DNA from: Mobula hypostoma
Lineage: Eukaryota
DNA length: 64,000 bases
Reading direction: 5' to 3'
NCBI RefSeq assembly: GCF_963921235.1
Contig: NC_086108.1
Coordinates: 37,636,001 to 37,700,000, forward strand
Part shown: piece after piece, positions 1 to 12,302 of the stretch
Layout: every line of letters begins with the position of its first letter
How positions within the stretch are numbered: position 1 is the stretch's first letter
The notes under the pieces: model-generated
Database searches by the model: none
Told to the model about the DNA's origin: nothing
Seen by the model: the letters and a program-made list of their open reading frames with translations, nothing else
Translations under genes and position numbers: made by a program

Positions 1-2085
1 GACATAGCAGTATTTCAGTGGGGTAGAGGAGATTACAGTGGTATGAGAGTAAATTGGAAGGAGATGCTGCAGGGATGACAGCAGAGCAGCAATGGCTTGA
101 GTTTCTCTGAAAAATGAGGAAGGTGCTAGATAGATGAATTCCAAAAATAAAGAAATACTCAAAAGGCAAGATAGTACAATGGTGCCTGGCAAAGGAAGTC
201 AAAGCTAATGTAAAAGCAAATGAGAAGGCATACAACCAAGCCAAGATTAGCGGGAAGATAGAGGATTGGGAAGCTTTTAAAAACCTACAGAAAGCAACTA
301 AAAGAATCATTAGCAGGGAAAAGATAAAATATGAAAGCAAGCTAACAAACAATATCATGGATAGAAAAAGCTATTTGAAGTATATAAAAAATAAAAGGAA
401 GATGAGAGTGGATAGGTGTGCCTGGCGTTGAAGGGTGTGAGGGAAGAGAAGTGGGTGCAGTTACTATTACAAGGGAGAAGGTGCTCAAAAAGCTGAAAGA
501 CCTAAAGGAGCATAAGCCACCCAGACCAGTTGAACTGCATCCTAACGTTCTAAAAGAGGTAGCAGTAGAGATTGTGGAGGCATTAGTAATGATCTTTCAA
601 AAATCAATGTACTCTAGCATGTTTCTGGATGACTGAAAAATTGTCAATGTCACTCAACTCTATAGGAAAGGACAGAGGCAGCAGATAGGAAATTATAGAC
701 CAGTTTGCTTAAACTTAGTGGTTGGGAGATTTTGGAGTCAATTGTTAAGGACGAGGTTATGGAGCATTTGCTAGCACAGGATAAGATAGGACAAAGTCAG
801 CATGGTTTCCTTAAGGGAAAATCTTACCTGACAAACCTGTTGGAAGTCTTTGAGGAGATTACAAGTTGGATAGATAAAGAGGATGCAATGGATGTTGTAT
901 ATTTGGACTTCCAGAAGGCCTCTGACAAGGTGCCAAACATGAGGCTGTTTACCAAGTTAAAAGCCCATGGTATTACAAGGAAGTTACCAGCATGGTTAGA
1001 GCATTGGCTGATTGGTAGGAGGCAGTGAGTGACAATAAAAGGATCATTTTCTGGTTGGCTGTCAGTGACCAGTGGTGTTCCGCAGGGATCGACGTTGGGA
1101 CTTTTTATGCTGTAGATGATAGAATAGATGGTTTTCTTGCCAAGTTTGCAGATTGGTTGTGGGACAGGTAGTTCCGAGGAAACGGGAAGGCTGCAGAAGG
1201 ACAGACAGATTAGGAGAATGGACAAGAAAGCAGTAAATGAAATACAGTGTTGGAAAACACATGGTCATGTAACTAGGTAGAAGAAATAATGGTACAGACT
1301 ATTTTCTAAACAGGGAGTAAATACAAAAATCTGAGATGCAAAGGGACTTGGGAGGCCTTGTGCAGAACACCCTGGAGGTTAACTTGCAGGGAGTGTCAGT
1401 GCAGAGAAAGGCATATGCAAGTTATCATTAATTTCAAGATGTCTCGAATATCGGTACAGGGATGTGATGCTGAAGCTTTCTGTGGCACTAGTGAGGCCTC
1501 ACCTTGACTAATATGAACAGTTTTAGGCTCTTTATCTAAGAAAAAATGGGCTGGCATTGGAGAGGAGGTTCACAAGGGTGATTCCGGGAATGAAAGGGTT
1601 ATCATATGAGCAACGCACATCAAAGTTGCTGGTGAACGCAGCAGGCCAGGCAGCATCTCTAGGAAGCAACGTTTGATGGCCCACTGGAATTTAGAAGGAT
1701 GAGAGGGGATCTCATTGAAACCTTTCGATCATTGAAAGGCCTAGCCAGAGTAGATGTGGAAAGGATGTTTCCCGTGGTAGTCTAGGATGAGAGGGAGCAG
1801 CCTCAGGATAGAAGAGTGTCAATGTATAACAGAGATGCAGAGAAATTTCTTTATCCATAGGGTGGTAAATGTGTTACCACAGGCAGCTGTGGAGGTCAGA
1901 TCATTGGGTGAATTTAAAGTGGAGATTGATAGGTTCTTGATTGACCATGGCATCAAAGGTCATGGGGAGAAGGCTGGGGAATGGGGCTGAGGAGGGGAAA
2001 AAAAGGATCAGCTAGATTGAATGGCAGATTAGACTCGATGGGCCAAAGGCCTAATTCTGCTCCTTTGTCTTATGGTATTATAGTC
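1..2085 (+). mobile_element. Degraded CR1-clade LINE (ORF2 RT region through 3' UTR)
   Basis: Translated pieces ELHPNVLKE, SQHGFLKGKSYLTNLL and DVVYLDFQKASDKV match CR1 RT motifs; many stops and frameshifts; CR1-type 3' end 'gggccaaaggcctaattctgctcct...tcttatggt' near 2040-2080. Confidence 0.9.
1616..1664 (-). mobile_element. 49-bp Penelope pLTR fragment inserted into the CR1
   Basis: Matches 24059-24107 and 8081-8128; flanked by the direct repeat agcaacg (1609-1615 / 1665-1671). Confidence 0.8.
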
Positions 2086-2324
2086 TGCAAGTACATGGAT
2101 ACCTCTGTACTTGAAGAAAAGTGTAGAAGCTGTTATGATATTAAATGGTCCTAACTCATGGGGACAGAACATTGGGATTTTTAGACTGGAACATTGTGAA
2201 AACCCTGTTTTTTAAATAAAGACCTTTTCCTTAGACAGGTATTTCATTTCACTTTCCCTTAATAGCCAACAAGTACTCACTATTTGTCTAGTAGAATAGT
2301 GGGTATTATCTAGTAGACATATCC

Positions 2325-2445
2325 ATGCATCATCCCTGAAGAAGATGACAGAGATGGTCATCAAAATGTCAGCTATAATTGATACCTGTACCTGGTTTGA
2401 ACCCCAAGAAGAGTTTAATTGTTATATATGCCAGGAAAGCACTAG
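2325..2445 (+). mobile_element. 3' end of a second Penelope-like family with a decayed hammerhead motif
   Basis: ctgaaga (2336-2342) - a - gatgac/agagatg/gtcatc hairpin - aaaa tgtc, consistent with CpG decay of CUGANGA-stemII-GAAA-CGUC. Confidence 0.6.
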
Positions 2446-3527
2446 ATCATTTTTTTATATCTAAGATCTTTCAAGCTGTTGCAAATTTACCTTCTGCAGC
2501 AGTGGACACAATTTCTGGGTGGATTAGTACGACTTTAAATTAGATTACAGATTTTTTTTTGCAGGTTTCCAATGGACAATTAGAATTACTGTTTTTGCAA
2601 TGCTCTTTTTGTTGAAGTGTTGTCATCTGCAAGGATAGAAGTTTGGTGACTTCTGTTTTTTGTATAACTGCTCCACTCCTAAGACTTAATTAACTCCAAT
2701 ACCTGACCTGCACTACTATGAGTTACCTCTCTTCTAAGTATGACTATTTTGCTATCCCTTGCCTCGTACTCACCTCTTTATCTCAACCCTGGAAGAATGA
2801 AGAACAGTGACTGCCCTGAAAATGTTATCCTAGCTCCTCTTCTTTTCCTACCCCTGATAACTAATGTTGCATACAGCTATGTATGTTTCTCGCCTCATCT
2901 TGAGAGACGTTGTGATGTGTCTGTCACAAATAATTAGTTTAATAACATAAATCCATGGAAAGATGAGTCAACCAACATTATTTTTCTTTTATCTGTTTGG
3001 ACTTTACATATTTACTTTCTAACATGGGTAACTTTTTATTTACATGTATGGATTAGAACTCCTCTGAGTATATATGTGCTTTAAAAATATAATTAGGATT
3101 TAAACATCTATAACTGAAAATAAATGAACTGTGTTTTAAACTAGTTTGTCAGCTAGAATTATCTTCTCTTTGGTAGGGAGAGGGGACCCAACGCTTGAGT
3201 AGTGGATATTGGCAGCTAAATTCTCCGTGGAGAATAAACAGGGAAGCAAACTAGTTTTGAAGATTGGCAGAGAACTCATGGCTATTTATATCCAATAGAA
3301 CTTAAGTTCTTCATCTGAATTACAACTTCACGGTCAACAAACCAAATACCATCACAAATTTACAGAACAAAATTAAATTTAAACATGTCCCACTTTAGAT
3401 TATGAAGACACGTAGTCCTCTTTTATTGTCATTTAGTAATGCATGCATTAAGAAATGATATATCATTTACTCTTCTTTCAGCCATTTCAGCTATTCCAAT
3501 TGGGCTAGCGGTATTTCACCAGATCTT

Positions 3528-3657
3528 AAACAGGAGAAAATCTGCAGATGCTGGAAATCCAAGCAACACACACAAAATGCTGGAGGAACTCAGCAGGCCA
3601 GGCAGCATCTATAGAGAAGAGTACAGCCGACATTTCGGGCTGGGACTCTTCATCAGG
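3528..3657 (-). mobile_element. 130-bp Penelope pLTR-derived insertion
   Basis: Homologous to the pLTR at 25712-25841; flanked by tttcaccagatctt (3514-3527) / tttaaccagatctt (3658-3671). Confidence 0.85.
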
Positions 3658-3949
3658 TTTAACCAGATCTTGCTTGGCATATTTTAAGTGAGCAGATTTA
3701 TTAGTTTAAAATCTGAGAAACCTGAAGAAGTCTGTGAACTTCATGAGGAGTTTATCTGCAAAGTGCTTTATCCCCAGGCTGGCAGTCAATTGGATCCAAG
3801 CTGATCTGTTGGCTTTAAGCAGCTTTTATATATCTGGTCCAATATTTAATTTCTTGTCCCTGCCTTCAGATTTATTCTCTCTCTGCAATATTTTAGTTTG
3901 AATCTTCCACTGATTTGGCCATTAAAATTGGCAATAATCTGGATATAGT

Positions 3950-4790
3950 TAAGTGGCTAAAACTGAGAAAAGATTTATCTAGCAGTGATCATGTTATGAT
4001 TGAGTTCAATGTGGTGTTTCAAAGGCAGAGACGCAAAGCAGAATGAGACTCTAGATTGACGCAAGTCTGACGTCAATAAGATGAGACAGAAACTGTCTAT
4101 GTTGAACTGTAGACCTTTTTTAATGTGTAAATCAATAAAACGTGAGCGGGAATGATCAAAATTAATTTAAAGAAATGCAGGATCAGTCAGTGCCCCTCAG
4201 GGATAAGAGCTCCACGTTCTAAACAAACAGAAACATGTAAGTGAAAAGTTAGGAAACAGTGCAAGGTCTTGGTACACAAGGGTATTCATGACATGGAAGT
4301 AGGTTTTGCTGAAGGAATAACAGCAGCGAGGACAAAATTGAAAAGCAGATCCACAAAGATTATATTCTCCTGATTATTGTCTGTACAAATTGACAGAGTA
4401 AATAAGATTAATAAAAATGTGGCTCTCAGAAGATGATTGTGGGAGATATGGGTTTGAAATAAGAGGGCACAGACATAATTCCCGAGGGAAGAGAAAGTTA
4501 TTCCATGAGGAACTGCTTCATTTGAAGTATGCCTAAACAAGAGTCCTGGCAGATCACATCACCAGGATGATCGAGAGTGCCTTAAATTAGTGAGGAGGAG
4601 CATTCAAATGACACAAAGTTTAAAATGCCAAAAATGAGAAAGTCATGGCACAAGATAGTTAAGGAAAGTTTGAAAATCAAAATATGACAAGAAGAGACAG
4701 AAAATATATGTAAAAGTTTGCAGCAGATATTAGAACTGAAGAAAGTGACAGAAAGTCACTTATAAGAAGTCAGAGCTTTTATGTTTTCTC
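3950..4790 (+). mobile_element. Highly degraded CR1 remnant (end of endonuclease domain and linker)
   Basis: agtgatcat (SDH) motif followed by CR1-like linker sequence; no ORF. Confidence 0.45.
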
Positions 4791-5295
4791 TTTCATGAAA
4801 CAAACTTGGTATAGTTTATATTCATTAAGCTTTTTGAAATAGCCAGCTACATTTTCCTGTAATATAGATTCTATAATGTATTGGTGAGCAGTGATAGAGA
4901 TTCAGTAGATCTTGACGTAGAGTTGGTTTGGATGGAAATAAGGAATACCAGGGGCAATTAGACATAAATGGGAGTGGTCAATAGGGCTGAAGTAGTCCTG
5001 CATAGTATAACAAAGATCTGAGGCATATGGAGATATATAAGAGGGTAGTTGTAAGTATCATGGGTGTTTTAATCTGCATGTTGATTGGATAAATCAACTG
5101 GCAAAGGTATGTTGGGAGTGGAATTTGTGGAGTGTATCAGGGATGTTTCATAGAACAATCTTATAACGAATCAATCCAGAAACAGGTTACTATGAATCTG
5201 ATCATGTGTAATGATGTATGATTAATAAGAAATCTTGATTCTCTTTGGAATAGTGATCACATGGTAAAATTCCTGAGACAATTTGAGAGTGAACA

Positions 5296-6322
5296 TGACA
5301 TTTCCTTCCATTGTTATGCTGACGACACACAGCTTCATCTCTCCTTGAAACCAAATGACCAGTCAAATCTAATCAGCCTCTTGAACTGCCTTGAGGACAT
5401 AAAGTGTTGGATGGCAAAAAAACTTCCTACAGCTGATTGAAGGCAAGTCTGAAGTTGTCCTATTTGGCCCCCCTGACTCCATCAAAATGATTACCAACAG
5501 TCTTGGTAACCTGTCCACCCTTGTCAAACCCCATGTCAAAAACCTTGGTGTGATACTTGATTCCGCCTTTAATTTTGACAAGCAAGTTAATGCAGTTGTA
5601 ATAGACAGTTTTTTCCAGCTTCGTACTATGGCCAAAATCAAGTCGTTTCTCTCTTTCAAAGATCTCAAGAAAGTCATCCACACTCTTATATCATCCCTCT
5701 TGGACTACTCCAACTCCCTGTATACTGGGATTAGTCAGTTGTCCCTGTCCCGCCTGCAACTGGTCTAGAACGCTGCAGCCAGGCTCCTGACAGGTGCCTG
5801 GAAGACTGACCATATTACTCCTATCCTGACCTCCCTCCACTGGTTACCAGTATGGTTTAGAATTGATATTAAGTGGGTTGGCCCCCTCCTATATCGCAGA
5901 CCTTCTAACCCCTTATTTTACTTCCAGGTCCCTCAGGTCGGCTGACTTGGGGCTCCTAGCTGTCCCGTGATCTAAATTTAAGTTCAGGGGTGACCGCACC
6001 TTTGCTGTTCTAGCCCCTAGACTGTGGAGCAGCATTCCCCTCCCTATCAGATCTGCCCCCTCCATTGACTCATTAAGTTCAGGCTCAAAACTGACCTTTA
6101 TTCACTAGCATTTGAATCTTCCTGATGTGGCTGGTTTTTGGCTTGTGCCTAGGGACATGTGTTGTTTATTTTGTCCCTATAAGCTGTGTGCCTTGAGGTT
6201 TATATCTGTGTTTCTTGTATTTGTAATTTTAGCTACCTGTTATGGTCTGTACAGTACTTTGGTCAACATGGGTTGTTTTTAAATGTGCTTTATAAATAAA
6301 TTTGATTTGACTTGATTTGACT
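5296..6322 (+). mobile_element. 5'-truncated L2-clade LINE
   Basis: HCYADDT, VKNLGVILD, LDYSNSLY and LQLVxNAAAR motifs; aataaa plus (ttgac/ttgat)n tail; tgaaca direct repeat at 5290-5295 / 6323-6328. Confidence 0.9.
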
Positions 6323-6477
6323 TGAACACCTCCGATGCAAAATCAGTGCCCTCAGTTTAAATAAGAGCAGTTATAATGTAGGAAGGAGGAGTTGTCCATT
6401 TAACTAAGAGGCTAAAAGGAAGATCAATATACTGAAGGATATTTAGCCAGCTATTTCAATGTGCATAGTTGAATCAT

Positions 6478-6800
6478 GATGGCATAGATGGCAGAGTGGA
6501 TGCCTCAGAATTTCAGCAACTCAGACTCAATGTGCTGCTACATGCAGTTTGTGCATTTTCCCTCTGACCATATGGATTTCGTCTGGGTGTTTCGTTTCTT
6601 TCTGCATCCTCAAAAATATCTGCACTATGGTTGGTAAATTTGCCTTCCTGTAGCTGGGTGAATTGTAAGGTGATTGATGGGAACGTGCGAGAACAAAACG
6701 GGTTCGGGCAGAAATAGATTAAAGATGGGTGGTTGATGGTCTGCACACACTCGATGAGCTGAAGGACTTATTTCCATGCTGCATCTCTCTAAGACTCTGT
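6478..6800 (+). mobile_element. Degraded V-SINE-like element with CR1-type tail
   Basis: Central part resembles the SINE at 12965-13250; 3' end 'gagctgaaggacttatttccatgctgcatctct'. Confidence 0.6.
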
Positions 6801-8037
6801 TTATGTCAGTTGGAAAAAAGGTCTCCACAATTAGGATGAACTATCTATGCATAACCAAGGAAGTTCGGGGAAACATTAGTATACACTTCAGTTTTTGATT
6901 TAGTGGCAAAAGTCTGGAAACTTTTTCCAGAACTAGCAGCAGAGGACTAATAACTGATAGTGAGAGTAAATTGGTAAATTATATCAAAACAAGAGCAAGA
7001 GGTTGAATATGGAAAGGAACAGGGTAGCAAAGGTGTTCATGGGATCCGTGGATATTGAGAATGGAAAATAGTAATGGGAAACCATGAAACAGCAAGTCAT
7101 TTGAACCAATACTTTGCATCAGTATTTATAGTGGAGAACACTGCAAATGTGTCAAAGAAAACAGATGGACTTGTCTGGGGGAAGAACATGCAATTATCCC
7201 CATGAGGGGTTTAGAAAGGGTCAAAGTATTGGAAAACCTAACAGAATTAACAGTTTTAAGGGTTTTTATCGATTTGGCTGCAGAGTAGAGCCATTAGTTG
7301 AGGCTGACACATTGAGACAGGTATAATAGTTGGAAAGTATTATTACAATTGTAAAGGCTTTTGTGAGAATTGAGAATGTGAGGGGTCTGTGTCTGTGTGA
7401 GAGAGAGTGGAAAAAAATAATAAGAGGAAATCACAAGCCATTAGCTTAACGTCTGTTCCAAGGAAGATGTAAAAATCTATAATACAGGAAAAAGCAGCTA
7501 GTTATTTAGAAAAGCTTAATGAATTTAAACCAAACCAACATGGTTTCATGAAAGAGAAAACATATTAGATAAGATTGCTATAACAAGCTAAGTACTTAGA
7601 AGGGAACCTGTAAACATTGTGTATTTAGATTCCTAGAATGCACTTGTTAAGGTGCCTCACAAAATACTTGTGCACAAGATAAGCAGTTATAGTATAGAGA
7701 AAGTATGTTAACGTAGATTAAAGACGTTATCACATAAAAAGTATAGAGTACACAAGTCTTTTGCTACTGGGGGAAAAAATATAACTTGTAGAGCATCCCC
7801 AAGGATTAGTGCCTGGTCCTCAGCTATTTGCTATTTAATAATTTGGATGAATGGACATGTTTGCGTGGACATGCTATGATGAGCACGCCTGGACATTGCC
7901 CCAGAATACCAGCAAGTTGAGGTAATGTGCAAAACCTCAGCAAATAGTTTCATGTCATAATGTGCAAGGTTGTGCACTTCTGAAGGAGGAATTAGAAGAC
8001 AGACTATTGTCCAAATGGAGCAAGACTATAAATGAGT

Positions 8038-8326
8038 AAACACGAGGAATTCTGCAGATGCTGGAAATTCAAGCAACACACACCAAAGTTGCTGGTGAAC
8101 GCAGCAAGCCAGGCAGCATCTCTAGGAAGAGGTACAGTCAATGTTTCGGGCCGAGACCCTTCGTCAGGACGAACTGAAGGAAGAGTTAGTAAGAGATTTG
8201 AAAGTGGGAGGGGGAGGGGGAGATCCAAAATGATAAGAGAAGACAGGATGGGGAGGGATGGAGCCAAGAGCTGGACAGGTGATTGGCAAAAGGGATATGG
8301 CTCCATCCCTCCCCCTCCTGTCTTCT
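8038..8326 (-). mobile_element. Penelope pLTR fragment with a short inverted tail
   Basis: Highly similar to 24057-24278; 8298-8326 is the reverse complement of about 8239-8267. Confidence 0.9.
8136..8170 (-). ncRNA. Minimal type I hammerhead ribozyme motif (slightly decayed)
   Basis: Minus strand reads gtc CTGACGA a gggt-ctcg-gccc GAAA ca tt gac. Confidence 0.65.
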
Positions 8327-8462
8327 AGAATTATGATCCAGGTGTCAGAGTCGGTGGTGGTGCCAGTATTTACAATGTGTGCTAAATATCCATGGAACAA
8401 ACATCCTGATGGACTATTTCAAAGAAAAGTTAAGAGATAAACACATTGCTGTCAGCCTAGAG

Positions 8463-8540
8463 TTGAGCTTTCCAACCTTTTTTGGCCATGGACCAATACT
8501 GTTACACAAGGGGTCTGTGCACCACAGGTGGGAACTATGG
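8463..8540. mobile_element. Short hAT (Charlie/Buster-type) MITE
   Basis: Degenerate ttccaacct...aggtgggaac inverted ends; 8-bp nnnTAnnn TSD gcctagag (8455-8462) / gtctagag (8541-8548). Confidence 0.6.
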
Positions 8541-10428
8541 GTCTAGAGTCACCTATACACCAGACCAGGTAGAGAAACAGATTTATGTCCCTAACGTTAT
8601 TAACGTAAGATTGTGAAAATGAGATAACCCCACCTGAACAATTTCGAATTATCCTGGGACAGAACAATTTTTGAGTTTACAGTACATTGGTAGAACATTT
8701 GTTACCAGTTCATGAATGTTACTATAAATGGTGGCAGAGAAAAGTCATATTCTATCAGTGAGAGAATGTAAACCACTACTTTGCAACAATTTGTTCAGTT
8801 CTGCACTGTGTCAGGGACATGCAATTTTAGAACAGTGCAATACAGATTGTCTCCTCAGAGACATTTGTAATAAAAAGATACTTAGGTTTTCCAAACCTGA
8901 GATTATAATATTCTCATGTTGTGATACAGTAAAATCTGGAGACAATGGAACTACGTACGAACCAGAAAACTGGCACTAATGAGATATGCCAGCGGTAATT
9001 GTCTACAACATGATTTGAATATCGTTTCAATATTGCATTCATCTTTTAATATCTCTGGACATTTAAAACGAGTGAAAGGAAGTAAATGTGGTACAGATCA
9101 CTTTATTATAGTTAAGTCACTAATGAGAAGAACCTGGGTTAATTTTAGCTTTCCTTCAATTTTCTTGTTAATGGTCTGTTGTTCTGTCAAAATAGTGTTT
9201 TCCTAAGGAGAATTAGTTCCGTCACTTCCACTTTTCCTCATTCATTCCAGATTGACTGGGTCTGAGTTCTATATCTCTGCTAAGCAGCACAAACAAGCAG
9301 ACCATTTGAATGACAATTACAGCGCAATGATGTTGTATTGCTACTTAAATTAAGATTTAACGAAAAAACCCTGTTAATAAATGCACATAAATTTCAGAAG
9401 AGAAGATCAGTCAAATCTAAATGTATGCCAACGCATGAAAAATATTAAAGTCAAGACTGCAATTGAAACAGGTTCATATAGTATCTAGTAATGGTGCATA
9501 TACTGTAAGTTTGATAATGAACTTATTTTGAACTTTGAACTTGTTATAATTCTACCAACTTATAACTAACTAGGAATAAAGGAGGTAAAATGTACTGCAT
9601 AGTTGAAATTCATACTGAATTGTTTGGAATATTTATCTTATTCAACTATCACATTCAGCTTGCTGATCTAAAAATTAACTGCAATATCATAATCTCTCTT
9701 TCACCCAGCCAAGCATATTGAAAAATGTCGAGGTTTCTTTGTCATTATTGCAACTGGGAAATAACAACCTGAGAATGTAGATATCCATAGGTAGGACATT
9801 TTGTATGACAATGGCTTTAACCAAACTCAGTTTTTGCTTTTACATACAAAACAGCAATTTATTTTATTTATTTGCCTCTCATCAAGTTTGTTTTTTGTGT
9901 AGAACAAGACCCTGAGTGAACAATAAACTATATGTTTTCTGTCAGGTGTTTCACATTAATTTATGCTCCCAAGGTTTACCATAGATTTGGGTCATTATCT
10001 TTTCCTTCAGTCTTCCATGATTTGCTGCAGCTAGTCTGTTCCTTGAAATGGTGATGAGCTTTAAATATATTGTGGTTCAATAAGCCAGCAGACACTAACT
10101 GCAGGCTCTTTCTTTAATGTATTCTGATATTCATCAATGGATGGAATGCCCAATTTTCTCATCTTAATACTTGCTATGTTTAGTATTGCGTGGAAATATA
10201 TTTGGAAAAAAACACTGACATATGAAATAAAGCAGATGGTACGTCAAGTTGTATGTTAGTTCAAGCTATAAAAGCTACTGTATTGCTCTTTTGTATAAAA
10301 GTTAATGTTTCTAAGAATGCTATTCTGCCTCAGAAAGTACACATGAATTACAGCGTTCTTGTAGAATGAGATGGATGCGTGACCCCACAGTCTACCTTGT
10401 CATGGCTCTTGCATCTTATTGCTTACCT

Positions 10429-11125
10429 CAGAATCGGAATTAGCACAGTTTTATTATCACCAACATGAGCCATGGGATTTGTTGTTTTGTACCAGTAGTA
10501 CAGCACAATACACACAAAATTACTACAATTTACAATAAGAAATATGCAAAAATGAGTAGTGTAAAATGTGAGGTAGTGTTCATGACTTCATGATCCATTC
10601 AGAAATCTGATAGTTGAGTGGAAGAAGCTGTTCCAAAACTGTTGAGTATGTTTCTTCAGGTTCCTGTATCTTGTCCCTGATACAAGGAATGCCCTGAATG
10701 GTGATGGTCCTTAATTATGGATGCTGCCTTCTTGAGGCAATGTCGATTGAAAATGCCATTGAGGGTGGGGAGGCTTGTGTAGCTTTATCCTGATTCCCTG
10801 CACTGGTTCCTCCATACCAGATGGTGATGCATCCAGTCAGAATGCACTCAATGATACATCTGGAAAAATTTGCTGGAGTCTCTAGTGACATACCAAATCT
10901 CCTCCAACTCCTAATGAAATGTATGTAGCTGCTGGTGTGCCTTCTTTGTATGTTGGGCCCAGGATAAATCTTTAGATATTCACATTCAATCACTTGAAGC
11001 TGCTTACCCTTTCCACTGCTAACCCCTCTGGACTGGTGTGGGTTCTCTGGCTTCCCCTTACTGAAATGCACAATCAGTTCCCTGGTCTTACTGGTGTTAA
11101 GTGCAAGGTTGTTGTTGCAATATAT
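10429..11125 (-). mobile_element. Rex1/Babar LINE 3' fragment
   Basis: Minus ORF contains NFSRCIIECILTGCITIWYG; polyA signal and tail at the left end. Confidence 0.85.
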
Positions 11126-12237
11126 CTCGCTGATGGGATAGTCCTGCAGTACCTTACGATCTTAATGTCCAGCAAAATATATTTTAAAATGACCTTTGGT
11201 TGGCCCCATAGAAGCCACTACATCTGAGGGTGCCGCCATCTTACTGGAAAGTGTGCACATGTGGCAGGAGCTTAAAGTGCATAGCTGAGCAACTTCAAAT
11301 ACAGGTTTGATGAGATCTTTACCTATTACCCAGATATTCCTATAATTTAGTTTACACCAGCAGTATTCAGGAGTGATGGTATAATGAGGTGGCTTATGAA
11401 TCACATCAGAGAGCTAGATATCTCAATCCCTAAATCACTAATCACATCTCAGAGATGGGCTTGCTGTGTGTGTGCCACACAGGTGTAGAATAATTGTGCT
11501 ACACTGGATTGCCAGATTTCTGAAATCTAAAGGAATTAGTGCACATGGGATTAGGTCATGCATCAGCTATTACACTGTGAAATGGTAGAACCTGTTCTCT
11601 GAGCTACTGAATTATAGTAACCCTTGTATTATAGTAACCTCAGTGTATGTGGTTCAGGTCTTACTTCCGATAAGATGATGGTGTGCTCAGACACAGCAGT
11701 CTCTCAGGGTCCAACCAAAGGTGTTTTTTTTTAATGTTCCTTTTATATTTCCAAGACAAGGCTGGACTCCAAGAACTTTGGGTGCTGCAGGACTGCCTAT
11801 CAGTGAGCTGCTCATTGGCAGAGGAGTTGGACTCGCTGTAGACCATGTTGCTGCCTGCTACAAGAAGGCATCAGAGTTGGTGCACGGAGGCAGTGTGCAG
11901 TGTAACAATGGGTGATTGCCTTGGACATTTCCCTTGCGATTGCAAGACGCTGCTGGAAATTGATAGTGTAAGATGCTGTAGGCCTGTTTCCCTTGTGTGG
12001 TGGTGTGACAGACGGCAGGAGAGCTGCGTGGCCTTGGTTGTAGCGAGGACCAGGGTTCAAACCACTGGCTTGTCTGCTGCAGTCAAGGAGGGAAGACGCT
12101 GGAGGCCAGTGTAGCACACCATCTTTGCTCAGTTGGGGGCTGACCTCTCCCATCAGTGGAATGAAAAGCTGGATTACGTGCGGTGGACTGCTGAGAACTG
12201 CACCATCAATTTACAGAACATGTCACTCAGGGAGTTG

Positions 12238-12241
<4 letters not shown>

Positions 12242-12289
<48 letters not shown>

Positions 12290-12302
12290 TCTCTCTCTCT
12301 CT
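12242..12302. repeat. (TC)n microsatellite
   Basis: Directly visible. Confidence 0.95.

Larger units (their letters stand above)
4870..8035 (+). mobile_element. Old degraded CR1 LINE (APE to RT), interrupted by L2 and SINE insertions
   Basis: APE-like remnants at 4900-5270; RT-like remnants 'caacatggtttcatgaaag' (QHGF), 'gtgtatttagattcc' (VYLD) and 'cccaaggattagtgcctggtcc' (PQGxVxGP) at 7535-7830. Confidence 0.7.

Noticed and set aside
9709..9790. Plus-strand exon-like segment (cccag|...|gtagga)
   Set aside because: Stops in all three frames and no other support.
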